Shown: positions 8,980 to 17,960 of the stretch, piece by piece
Position numbering within the stretch: position 1 is the first letter of the stretch
How the letters are laid out: each line of letters begins with the position of its first letter
Source of the DNA: Candidatus Nealsonbacteria bacterium
GTDB taxonomy: Bacteria; Patescibacteriota; Minisyncoccia; Minisyncoccales; PWPS01
NCBI GenBank assembly: GCA_003560095.1
Contig: PWJI01000018.1
Coordinates: 1-57,477, forward strand
Direction of reading: 5' to 3'
DNA: 57,477 bases
Translations under genes and position numbers: made by a program
Notes under the pieces: model-generated
The model's input: the letters and a program-made list of their open reading frames with translations, nothing else
Told to the model about the DNA's origin: nothing
Database searches by the model: none

Positions 8980-10623
8980 ATGATTAAGAAAATTATAAAT
9001 CTCCGATCAACGACAATAACCTTCTCTGCATCTTTAATTGCATTTTCGGTGGGAGTGAGTGCAATTTTGGGGCTTCTTAGAGACCGCATTCTTATTCGTT
9101 ACGCTCATATGCACCTTGAAGGCATGATTAGTATTGATATTTATTTTGCTGCTTTCAGGATACCTGATTTTATATATGGGATATTAATAACAGGAGGCAT
9201 TGTCGCTGCTTTTTTGCCAGTCTTTTCTACTACACTTAAGGAAAAAAAAGAGAAAGGATGGGATCTTGCAAATAACACTTTTAATGTTCTTTTACTTTCT
9301 TTGATTTTTCTTTGTACTGTTCTTTTTATTTTTACTCCCTATATTATGAAATTGATTGCTCCCGGCTTTTCTACAGCAGAGCTTAGTCAGACGGTTTTTC
9401 TTACCAGATTAATGCTTCTTAGTCCCATTATTTTAGGGGTTTCCAGCCTTTTTTCCGGAATTTTGCAGTATTTTGATAGATTTTTGGCTTATTCGTTGGC
9501 CCCTATTTTTTATAACGTGGGGATTATTTTTGGAATTATCTTTTTTACTCCGCAATTTGGAATTACCGGTCTTGCTTACGGAGTCATTTTAGGTTCCTTA
9601 TTACATCTTTTTATTCAGATTCCTCCCTCTATTTCTTCCGGATTTTCTTATAAGCCGTTTTTAAACTTAAAACAAAAAGAGTTACGTAAGATTGTTTATC
9701 TAATAATTCCTCGCATTATTGGTCAGGCATCTTCAAAGATAAATATAATTGTAATTACCGCACTGGCATCTCTTTTGACTGCCGGAAGTATATCAATTTT
9801 TAATTTTGCAAATCACTTGCAATCTTTTCCTGTTCGAGTTATTGGGGTTGCTTTTGCTATAGCTGCTTTTCCGGCATTTTCAAAATCACTTGCTTCTAAA
9901 GAGCAAAATAAATTCTTAAACAGCTTTTCTTCCGTAGTAAGGCAGGTTCTTTTTCTTATAATCCCAATAAGCGTAATAGTTTTTCTTTTAAGGGCTTACA
10001 TTGTTCGTCTTGTTTTGGGTGTTGAGGGTTTTGGTTGGTGGGAAACTCAACTTACGGCGGCTTCTCTCGGAATTTTTTCCTTTTCTTTTTTTGCTGCGGC
10101 ACTGGTTCATGTTTTAGTTAGAGTTTTTTTCTCTTTCCAAGATACAAGAACGCCTGTAATTGCTTCGCTTATTTCAATGGGGTCCAATATAGCTCTTTCT
10201 TTTTTGTTTGTTTGGCTTCTTGGTTTTGATAATTTCTTTCGTTTTTTTCTGGCAGAAGCTTTAAAGATAGGGGGTATTATAGATATTAGGGTAATTGCTT
10301 TTCCTTTAGCTCTTTTAATTTCTTCCTTAATTCATCTTATTTTACTTACTTACTTTTTAAAGAAAAAAACGGGAAAATTTGAAAATATGAAAATACGTAG
10401 TTGTTTGGAAAAATCTCTTTTCGGGTCTTTTGTGATGGGTGTTGCTATTATTTTAACACTTAGAATAGCCGGAAATGTTTTTCCTCTTGATACTTTCTTT
10501 TCAGTTTTAATACAATCAATCATTGCTGTTACGATAGCATTTTTAACCTATATCGGAGTTACTAAAACATTAAAATCTCCGGAATTGGAGATTATTTACA
10601 ATTCTTTTTTTAAGAAAAAATAA
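8980..10623 (+). CDS. murJ: Lipid II flippase MurJ (MviN)
   Basis: SAILGLLRD, YFAAFRIPD, multi-TM, FFSFQDTRTPV. Confidence 0.92.
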   Translation: MIKKIINLRSTTITFSASLIAFSVGVSAILGLLRDRILIRYAHMHLEGMISIDIYFAAFRIPDFIYGILITGGIVAAFLPVFSTTLKEKKEKGWDLANNTFNVLLLSLIFLCTVLFIFTPYIMKLIAPGFSTAELSQTVFLTRLMLLSPIILGVSSLFSGILQYFDRFLAYSLAPIFYNVGIIFGIIFFTPQFGITGLAYGVILGSLLHLFIQIPPSISSGFSYKPFLNLKQKELRKIVYLIIPRIIGQASSKINIIVITALASLLTAGSISIFNFANHLQSFPVRVIGVAFAIAAFPAFSKSLASKEQNKFLNSFSSVVRQVLFLIIPISVIVFLLRAYIVRLVLGVEGFGWWETQLTAASLGIFSFSFFAAALVHVLVRVFFSFQDTRTPVIASLISMGSNIALSFLFVWLLGFDNFFRFFLAEALKIGGIIDIRVIAFPLALLISSLIHLILLTYFLKKKTGKFENMKIRSCLEKSLFGSFVMGVAIILTLRIAGNVFPLDTFFSVLIQSIIAVTIAFLTYIGVTKTLKSPELEIIYNSFFKKK

Positions 10624-10627
10624 AACA

Positions 10628-12415
10628 ATGAAAGTAAGAAATTTTTGCATTATCTCACACATTGATCATGGAAAATCAACTCTTGCAGATCGTTTCTTGG
10701 AAGTAACCAAAACAGTATCTCAAAAAGAAATGCAGGACCAGTATTTAGATGATATGGATCTTGAAAGAGAAAGAGGAATTACCATTAAGCTTCGTCCGGT
10801 GAGAATGGAATATAACGAGCATATATTAAACATGATTGATACTCCCGGGCATGTTGATTTTTCTTATGAGGTTTCTCGTTCTTTGGCTGCGGTAGAAGGC
10901 GCGGTTTTGCTTGTGGACGCAACAAAAGGCATTCAAGCACAAACACTTGCAAACCTCGATCTTGCAAGAGAGAGGGGAGAAGATTTTAAGATTATTCCGG
11001 TTATAAATAAAATTGATCTTGATAGTGCAATGGTGGAAGAAACAAAAGAAGAAATGATTGAGGCTCTTGGAGTTAAAGAAGATGAAATTATCAAAATATC
11101 GGGGAAAAAAGGAATTAACATAGAAGAAGTTTTGGGTGCGATTATTGAAAGAATACCTTCTCCAAAAGAAAATTCTTTGTCTTCTAAGGAAAGCGATTCT
11201 TTTCGGGCTCTTGTTTTTGACTCTGAATATAATCAATATAAAGGAGTCGTTGCTCATGTTAGGGTTATTGATGGAGAAATATCGGGTAAAGATAAAATTT
11301 ATTTTTTTGCATCCAAAACGAGCGGTGAGGCAAAAGAAATCGGGTTTTTTTCTCCAAAATGGAATCCCCAGAAAAAAATGAAAGCCGGTGACATAGGATA
11401 TATCGCGACAGGAATAAAAGAAATTGATGTAGTTAGGTCGGGAGATACTATTTGTAAAAGAGATGAGGATACCTCTCCTTTGCCGGGATACGAAGATCCA
11501 AGACCAATGGTTTTTAGTAGCTTTTATCCCAAAAATCCTGATGATTACGGTTCCTTTAAAGATGCTCTTTATGAGATAAAGCTTACCGACCCTGCGTTTA
11601 CTTTTGAGCCGGAGTTTAAAGAAGTTTTTGGAAGAGGCTTTAGATGTGGTTTTTTAGGATCTCTTCATTCGGAGATAATTTCGGAGAGACTAAGAAGAGA
11701 TTACGAGCTAAGTCTTATTATTTCTGCGCCTTCTGTTACCTTTAAAGTAGTTAAAAATAATGATAAGGAAGAAGAAATTAAGTCTGCTTCCGATTGGCCT
11801 GATGAAAGTGGGATAAAAGAAAAAAGAGAGCCTTGGGTTCGTCTTGAAATAATTACTCCCGAAGAAAGTCTTGGAAAAGTGACGGAGGTTTTAGGTGAAT
11901 TAAATGGTAAATATATTGATACCCGATATCTTTCTTTAAGCAGGGTGCTTGTTGTTTATGATGCCCCACTAAGAAAGGTCATAGTTTCTTTTCATGATAA
12001 TTTAAAGAGTGCAACAAAGGGTTATGCTTCTGCAGGTTATAAATTGCAAGGTTTTTACGAAGAAGATTTGGTAAAAATGGAGATTCTTATTGCCTATAGC
12101 GTAGATGAGGCTTTTTCAACAATAGTTTCCAAGAAAGAAGCTTATGAGGAAGGAAAAAAAACGGCTTTAAAGCTAAAAGAATCAATACCTCCTCAGCAAT
12201 TTGCGGTGGCAATTCAGGCAAGAATTGGAGGAAAAATTATTGCTCGAGAAACAATTAAGGCTCGGAGGAAGGATGTAACCGGAGACTTGTATGGAGGAGA
12301 TGTTACAAGAAAAAGAAAACTTTTAGAAAAACAAAAAAAAGGAAAAAAGAAGATGGAAAAAGAAGGAAAAGTAAATATTCCTCAAGAAACCTATTTCAAA
12401 GTTTTTCGAAAATAA
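10628..12415 (+). CDS. lepA: Elongation factor 4
   Basis: RNFCIISHIDHGKSTLADR, DTPGHVDF, GFRCGFLG, YGGDVTRKRKLLEKQKKGKK. Confidence 0.98.
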   Translation: MKVRNFCIISHIDHGKSTLADRFLEVTKTVSQKEMQDQYLDDMDLERERGITIKLRPVRMEYNEHILNMIDTPGHVDFSYEVSRSLAAVEGAVLLVDATKGIQAQTLANLDLARERGEDFKIIPVINKIDLDSAMVEETKEEMIEALGVKEDEIIKISGKKGINIEEVLGAIIERIPSPKENSLSSKESDSFRALVFDSEYNQYKGVVAHVRVIDGEISGKDKIYFFASKTSGEAKEIGFFSPKWNPQKKMKAGDIGYIATGIKEIDVVRSGDTICKRDEDTSPLPGYEDPRPMVFSSFYPKNPDDYGSFKDALYEIKLTDPAFTFEPEFKEVFGRGFRCGFLGSLHSEIISERLRRDYELSLIISAPSVTFKVVKNNDKEEEIKSASDWPDESGIKEKREPWVRLEIITPEESLGKVTEVLGELNGKYIDTRYLSLSRVLVVYDAPLRKVIVSFHDNLKSATKGYASAGYKLQGFYEEDLVKMEILIAYSVDEAFSTIVSKKEAYEEGKKTALKLKESIPPQQFAVAIQARIGGKIIARETIKARRKDVTGDLYGGDVTRKRKLLEKQKKGKKKMEKEGKVNIPQETYFKVFRK

Positions 12416-12452
12416 TCTTTTATTGCAAAAAAGATTACGCTATAATAAAGAA

Positions 12453-12842
12453 ATGGCAAGAAAAAAAAAGAAAAACAAAAAAGGAATTAATTTTCTTTTG
12501 CTTGCTTTGCTTGGAGGAGCGGCTACTTTACTTATTTTTTTTAATTTAAATCTTTGGAATCAAAGAAAAATAACGAGTGCTCGTTTAACGGAGACACAAG
12601 AACAACTCGAAAATGTATCAGCGCAAAAAGAGTACTTTGATTTAGATGAAAATGAAATAGATGTAGACAAAGAGATAGAAAAAATAGCCAGAGAGCAACT
12701 TCTTTTAAAAAAAGAAGGCGAAAGAGTAATTGTTCTTTCTCGAGAAGAGGAAGAGGAAGTAATAAGAGAAGAGGAAGAAGAGAAAGAGGAAAAAGATGTT
12801 TTAGAAAAGATTATTGATTTTTTACCTTGGATAGATGAGTAA
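12453..12842 (+). CDS. Septum formation initiator (DivIC/FtsB-like)
   Basis: Basic N-terminus, TM, coiled coil, IEKIAREQLLLKKEGE. Confidence 0.75.
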   Translation: MARKKKKNKKGINFLLLALLGGAATLLIFFNLNLWNQRKITSARLTETQEQLENVSAQKEYFDLDENEIDVDKEIEKIAREQLLLKKEGERVIVLSREEEEEVIREEEEEKEEKDVLEKIIDFLPWIDE

Positions 12843-12933
12843 ACATAGATAGCTTAGAAAAGCTCCATACCGGAAACTTGATTATATTAGGTCCAAGGAA
12901 GGTAATAACGTTTTTATACGCTCTGCTGGAAAT

Positions 12934-13005
12934 GCCGACGTAGCTCAGAGGGAGAGCAACGCTTTCGTAAAGCGTAGGCCATGGGTTCGATTCCCATCGT
13001 CGGCT
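12934..13005 (+). tRNA. tRNA-Thr(CGT); CCA not encoded
   Basis: Acceptor gccgacg/cgtcggc; anticodon arm acgct-ttCGTaa-agcgt; T arm atggg-ttcgatt-cccat. Confidence 0.95.
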
Positions 13006-13030
13006 CATCGGCATTTCTAGCGGGATAAAT

Positions 13031-13106
13031 AGGTCGTGGGTTTTTACCCCATACCGTGTTGCCAAGGGCAACTTCTGGTATCGGGGCGATTCCCGCCTCC
13101 GGCTCA
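13031..13106 (+). pseudogene. Orphan tRNA 3' half interrupted in the T-loop by a 44-nt hairpin
   Basis: aggtcgtgggtt [13043-13086] cgattcccgcctccggctca; removing the insert restores variable loop, T arm and acceptor 3' strand. Confidence 0.55.
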
Positions 13107-13107
13107 T

Positions 13108-14203
13108 ATGGAAATTAAAAAAGAAATCAGAGAATTGGAAAGCAAAATCCGCTATTTAGCGGAGTATCTTTGACATTTCTGAAAAAAAAAGGAAAATAAG
13201 GTTATTGGAAGAAGAACTTTCTAATCCCGATATTTGGGATGTTCCCAGTAAAGCTCTTGAAAAACAAAAAAAACTTTCTTTTTTGCTTAGTAAAGTTAAA
13301 GAGACAGAGGAGATTGAAAAAGAAATTGGAGAAATAAAAGAGATTTATAGTGAGGTAAAAGTAGATGCTTCCTTGGAAGAAGAAATAAAGAGTAACATTG
13401 AGAATATAAAAAAACGACTGAAAAAAGAAGGATTTAAAGTGCTTTTGTCCGGTAAATTTGATAGAAAAGATGCAATTATCGAAATATCCTCGGGAGCAGG
13501 AGGAAGGGATGCCGAAGATTTTGTTTCTATGCTTTTTAGGATGTATCGCAGATATGGAGAAAGGAAAGGATTTCAATCAAAAATGCTTTCTTGTTCTTAT
13601 GGTGAATCGGGGGGCCCCGAAGGCAGAGTTGGAATTAAAAATGTTTCTTTAGAAGTGAAAGGGGATTATGCTTTTGGGTATTTAAAAAAAGAAAGCGGAA
13701 CACATCGATTGGTAAGAAAATCGCCCTTTTCTTCGTCAAGCACAAGACACACCTCCTTTGCCCAGGTTGAAGTTTTTCCTATAATAGATAATAATGAATC
13801 GCAGATAAAAATAAATGAAGATGAGTTAAAGATAGATACCTTTAGATCTTCCGGTCCGGGAGGACAGCATGTTAATAAAAGAGAGAGTGCTATTCGTATT
13901 ACACATCTTCCAACAGGAATTGTGGTGAGTGTGCAGAGTGAGCGCCTCCAGGGAGAAAACAAAAGAGCGGCAATGAAAATATTGAGAGCGAAACTGGAAA
14001 ATATCGAAGAAAAAAAGAAAGAGCAAGAAATTGAAAAAGCAAAAGAGAAAGGGGATGGGGCAAGTTGGGGAACACAAATAAGAAATTATATTTTGCACCC
14101 CTATAAAATGGTAAAAGATTTGCGTACGCAAACTACAACGTCGAATGTAGAAAATATTTTAGATGGTGATTTAGACCTATTAAAAGATGATTTTTTTCAA
14201 TAA
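13108..14203 (+). CDS. prfB: Peptide chain release factor 2 with programmed +1 frameshift
   Basis: ATG 13108 gives MEIKKEIRELESKIRYLAEYL, then CTT-TGA-C at 13168-13174; the +1 frame joins the 13205 ORF; SPF and GGQ motifs. Confidence 0.96.
13159..13174 (+). promoter_or_regulatory. prfB frameshift cassette (internal SD plus CTT TGA C)
   Basis: GCGGAG-TAT-CTT-TGA-C with canonical spacing. Confidence 0.92.
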
Positions 14204-14882
14204 CGTAACAAAAATATATCCCGCCTATCTTACAAAAAAGGAGAAGGTGGTTTTAGATGACATTTCTTTTAAGGTGGAGAAAGGTGAATTTGTTTGTATT
14301 GTTGGGAGGTCGGGAGCGGGGAAAACAACACTTTTCCAAATTCTACTGGGAGAAGAAAAGCCAACAGAAGGTGATGTTATTTTTGATGGCAAAAATATTC
14401 ACAAAGTTAAAGCAAGAGAGTCTTGCAAGTTAAGAAGAAGAATGGGTACGGTCTTTCAGGACTATAAACTTCTTACCTCCAAAACGGTTTATGAAAACAT
14501 TGCTTACGCCTTAGAAGTTAACGGTATTTCAGAAGAAGATATTGAAAAATATGTTCCCGAAGTTCTTGATACCGTTGGTCTTGTTGAGCAAGCTCTTCAT
14601 TTTCCGCATCAACTATCAGGAGGGGAAAAACAAAGGACGGCTATTGCTCGTGCCTTAATTCATAATCCGGATGTTATTTTAGCGGACGAGCCCACCGGAA
14701 ATATTGACCCTTATAGCACAAAAGAAGTTTTAGATCTTTTAACAAGCTTAAACGAGGAAGGAACTACAATCATTCTTTCAACACATGATAAGGAAGTTAT
14801 TAATAATCTAGGAAAGAGGGTGGTTACAATAAAAGATGGTAAAATTGTTAATGATTCTAAAAAAGGAAGATTTATTTTGTAG
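14187..14882 (+). CDS. ftsE: Cell division ATP-binding protein FtsE
   Basis: GRSGAGKTT, VFQDYKLL, LSGGEKQR, ADEPTGN; followed by ftsX. Confidence 0.92.
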   Translation: MIFFNNVTKIYPAYLTKKEKVVLDDISFKVEKGEFVCIVGRSGAGKTTLFQILLGEEKPTEGDVIFDGKNIHKVKARESCKLRRRMGTVFQDYKLLTSKTVYENIAYALEVNGISEEDIEKYVPEVLDTVGLVEQALHFPHQLSGGEKQRTAIARALIHNPDVILADEPTGNIDPYSTKEVLDLLTSLNEEGTTIILSTHDKEVINNLGKRVVTIKDGKIVNDSKKGRFIL

Positions 14883-14898
14883 GAAATAAAAAATAAAT

Positions 14899-15831
14899 AT
14901 GAAAAAAGCAAATTTAAGAAATGTAAAAAACAGAAATATAAACTCATTAAAGAGAGCAATTCGTCTTGCATGGAAGAATTTTTATCGTGAGAGCGGTCTT
15001 TCTTTTGTTGCTGTTTTAGTTTTAACAACAGTTATTACTCTTTTTGTTACAACTTTTTTGATTGGGGGAGTTGCGGAAATATTGATTAAAGATGTTGAAA
15101 GTAAGGCTGACATAACGGTTGATTTTCAAAAAGATGCCTCGGAAGACATAATTTTTGAGTTAATGGAAGAGATTGAAGATAATTTTGAAGTGAGCTCGGT
15201 GGAATATATTTCAAGAGAAGAAGCAAAAACAAATTTTATTAAACGCTTTGGAGATCGTCCGGAGATAATGGAGGCTCTCGAAGAAGTAGATAACCCTCTT
15301 CCCGCATCTTTGAATATAAACGCACCAGACCCTTATACTTACAGACAATTGGCAAATTATTTAGAAGATGATTACGAAAGGCATGTTGATAGTGTTGATT
15401 TTTACCACCGAGAAGAGGTTATTGAGGGCATTTTTAGTATTACAGAAAATGCAAGAAAGGGCGCTTTTATTTTTGCCGGAGTCTTGGGATTTATCTCTAT
15501 TTTGCTTGTTTATAACACTATAAAGCTTGCAATTTATAATATTGGAGAAGAGGTACGTGTCATGAGACTGGTTGGCTCTTCAAATTTATTTATACGTAGT
15601 TCTTTTATCTTTCAAGGAATAATAATTGGATTTATTGCGGCAACACTTTCTTTCCTTTTGCTTTTGCTGGTAGGTTTTCTTATCCCTCAGAGCTACGATA
15701 TCACTATCGATGTTAATTTGTATCAGTATTTCATGGAAATGCTTTCCATGGTTTTATTAATACAGTTTTCGATAGGAATTGTTTTAGGTGTATTCTCGAG
15801 CTTAATTGCTACCGAAAGATATTTAAAATAG
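14899..15831 (+). CDS. ftsX: Cell division permease FtsX
   Basis: YISREEA, NPLPASL, NTIKLAI, MRLVGSS; four-TM layout. Confidence 0.9.
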   Translation: MKKANLRNVKNRNINSLKRAIRLAWKNFYRESGLSFVAVLVLTTVITLFVTTFLIGGVAEILIKDVESKADITVDFQKDASEDIIFELMEEIEDNFEVSSVEYISREEAKTNFIKRFGDRPEIMEALEEVDNPLPASLNINAPDPYTYRQLANYLEDDYERHVDSVDFYHREEVIEGIFSITENARKGAFIFAGVLGFISILLVYNTIKLAIYNIGEEVRVMRLVGSSNLFIRSSFIFQGIIIGFIAATLSFLLLLLVGFLIPQSYDITIDVNLYQYFMEMLSMVLLIQFSIGIVLGVFSSLIATERYLK

Positions 15832-15851
15832 TCTTCTCATAAATAAAATAT

Positions 15852-15925
15852 TCGGAGATCGTCTAATGGTAAGACGCCACGCTCTGGACGTGGAAATCGG
15901 GGTTCGAGTCCCTGTCTCCGAGCCA
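15852..15925 (+). tRNA. tRNA-Gln(CTG) with encoded CCA
   Basis: Acceptor tcggaga/tctccga; anticodon arm ccacg-ctCTGga-cgtgg; T arm cgggg-ttcgagt-ccctg. Confidence 0.95.
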
Positions 15926-16090
15926 GGTACCATACGGCACCTGGCTACGCCTAAGTAGTCAGGTAAAGTATGGGAGATGAGGGAGGTACAGAATTGTACC
16001 TCCCAAGAATAGATATCATGCATATACCCCCGCAGGGGGATGTCGTATGGCATCTCCCACAGAATAAGCACAAATAGCGCTTATTCTATT
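15926..16090 (+). ncRNA. Putative structured non-coding RNA of unknown family
   Basis: GC-rich multi-helix stretch between tRNA-Gln and a terminator; several 8-10 bp stems, some with G-U pairs. Confidence 0.5.
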
Positions 16091-16095
16091 GAATT

Positions 16096-16123
16096 ACCCC
16101 CCCTAAGGGTGGTTTTTCTTTTT
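16096..16123 (+). terminator. Intrinsic terminator
   Basis: accccccc-taa-gggtggt followed by ttttcttttt. Confidence 0.6.
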
Positions 16124-16243
16124 CCGGGATTTAAGCAGGAGTGGAGGCGTTGCTTAACCGGGGCTTTGCAACGCTCTTTTGGTGTTTTGCAATATCCTTT
16201 AAAGAGTAATTTTATTAAGTTATTCCAACTGGAGTGGCTTTTA

Positions 16244-16738
16244 TTATTTTCTTAGATAAGAGAGTATTGTTGTTTTGTTTTTATTTATCTCTTTTTTGCT
16301 TTGTTTGTTTTTTAATCTGTAATCTAACTCCCATAACGCCGATCTGTTGCTATCGTATTTAACTTTTTTAGAAGCTTCTTTTAGATTAAGCCAAAGATAT
16401 TTATCGTGCTCCTTTCCAATTTCAATATTTTCTTGAAAAACACAAGCACCGAAAGAAAATTCCGGAACCATAATAATTTCTTTTCCCCATATTATTCCAT
16501 GAATATTTGCTGCAGGGATGGTTGTTATAGAAGACAAGGAGATAAATCCATTATCGTTTTTTATTTTTGTTTCTTCATAAAGCTCTCTTTTTGCCGTCTT
16601 TAAGGGGCTTTCTCCTTTTTCTCCTCCACCGGCAATTCCTTGCCATATACCCATATCTCTTCTTTTAAAAATTGCATAATAGAAATTATTGTTTCTTTTT
16701 ATAAAGGGGAATATGAGCACTTGGTATGGCTTTCTCAT
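16244..16738 (-). CDS. NUDIX pyrophosphatase (NudB-like)
   Basis: WQGIAGGGEKGESPLKTAKRELYEET; EHDKYLW. Confidence 0.88.
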   Translation of the reverse strand: MRKPYQVLIFPFIKRNNNFYYAIFKRRDMGIWQGIAGGGEKGESPLKTAKRELYEETKIKNDNGFISLSSITTIPAANIHGIIWGKEIIMVPEFSFGACVFQENIEIGKEHDKYLWLNLKEASKKVKYDSNRSALWELDYRLKNKQSKKEINKNKTTILSYLRK

Positions 16739-16894
16739 TATATGTGTATTTTTATTTTTTTATATAACAAAATGTGTTATTATTTTCAAATAACCTTGAT
16801 AGACCTATTTCCAGCATAACACCTTTATTTTTTTATTCAATTTGTAAGCACAAGAAATTTAAAATTTCACGTAAAAAATAAATAGTAATTTTTC

Positions 16895-17137
16895 ATGAAG
16901 ATAATTGTTGATTTTTTGCTTATTTTTTGGATTCCTTTGCTTGTGGGTTTTTTGTTTTTTTTGTTGTATGTGCTTTTTTTGTGGCTTGCAGATTTTATTT
17001 ATAATAAACTGGAAACAGAAAAAGAAAAGGAAGAGAAAAATAAAATAGCTGAAAATAAGGAGAAGAAAGAGGAGAATTCCAAAAAGGATTTGGAAAAAAC
17101 AAAAGATGAAGAAAAAGAAGATGTGTCTAAAAAATAG
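16895..17137 (+). CDS. Small membrane protein with charged tail
   Basis: Hydrophobic N-half, Lys/Glu-rich C-half. Confidence 0.55.
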   Translation: MKIIVDFLLIFWIPLLVGFLFFLLYVLFLWLADFIYNKLETEKEKEEKNKIAENKEKKEENSKKDLEKTKDEEKEDVSKK

Positions 17138-17210
17138 TATGAAAAGTATTGTAATTTTTATGTTATAATGATTACATCAAAAATTTATTATAAATATAAT
17201 TAAAATTAAT

Positions 17211-17948
17211 ATGAGGTTAAAAAATAAAGTAGCAATAGTTACCGGGGCAGGCTCCGGAATTGGTAAAAAAATTGCAGAAGAATTTCTTAAAGAGGGAGCA
17301 AGTGTTGTTTTTTCCGACCTTTTAGAAGACAATGAGGAAATTGAAAATTTGGGAGAAAACGCAAAATATATTAAATGTGATGTTTCAAGCTCTAAAGAAG
17401 TAAATACTCTTATCTCCAAAACAATAGAGATTTTTGGAGGACTTGATGTTGTCGTAAATAATGCGGGAATAGGTTCGCTGGGAGGAGTGACTGATGTATC
17501 AGACGAAGATTGGCAAAAGGTAATTGATATTAATCTCAGTGGGTCTTTTTATGGAATAAGGGATGCTGCAAAAGAAATGAAAAAAAACGGAACAAAAGGC
17601 TCTATAATAAATATAAGCTCTATTCTTGGAGGAGTAGGCTTTAAGGGAGCACTTTCTTATTGTGCTTCTAAGGGCGGAGTTGTTCAGCTTACCAGAGCAA
17701 GTGCTTTGGATTTGGCAGGTGAAGGAATTAGAGTAAACGCGATTGCTCCCGGGTTTATCGAAACAAATATGACCAAAGATGTTTTAAATGATGATGATTT
17801 TAATTCTATGGTAAAAAGCTCAACACCTCTTGGGTATGTTGGTGAGCCTAAAGATATTGCCAATGCGGCAATATATTTGGCCTCTGATCAGTCAAAATAT
17901 GTAACAGGGACAATTATCTACGTTGATGGAGGGTGGACAGCAAGATAA
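17211..17948 (+). CDS. SDR family oxidoreductase
   Basis: TGAGSGIG, NNAG, YCASK, VDGG. Confidence 0.93.
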   Translation: MRLKNKVAIVTGAGSGIGKKIAEEFLKEGASVVFSDLLEDNEEIENLGENAKYIKCDVSSSKEVNTLISKTIEIFGGLDVVVNNAGIGSLGGVTDVSDEDWQKVIDINLSGSFYGIRDAAKEMKKNGTKGSIINISSILGGVGFKGALSYCASKGGVVQLTRASALDLAGEGIRVNAIAPGFIETNMTKDVLNDDDFNSMVKSSTPLGYVGEPKDIANAAIYLASDQSKYVTGTIIYVDGGWTAR

Positions 17949-17960
17949 TAATAAAAAGCA

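Noticed and set aside
13006..13106. attR of a prophage or island integrated at tRNA-Thr
   Set aside because: No integrase or cargo between the copies, and the fragment differs from the adjacent tRNA at several stem positions
12811..13107. Minus-strand 98-aa ORF with repeated MSRR motif, and similar ORFs over rnpB and tRNA-Gln
   Set aside because: These are antisense shadows of RNA genes; the repeat reflects the two tRNA 3' ends
13168..13174. In-frame TGA as a pseudogene lesion or as code-25 recoding
   Set aside because: It is the canonical prfB frameshift site; TGA ends other genes here (for example 5288 and 7898) and RF2 is present
15926..16090. tmRNA, SRP RNA or hammerhead ribozyme
   Set aside because: No alanyl-tRNA-like ends or tag ORF, no SRP domain IV motif, no CUGAUGA/GAAA core
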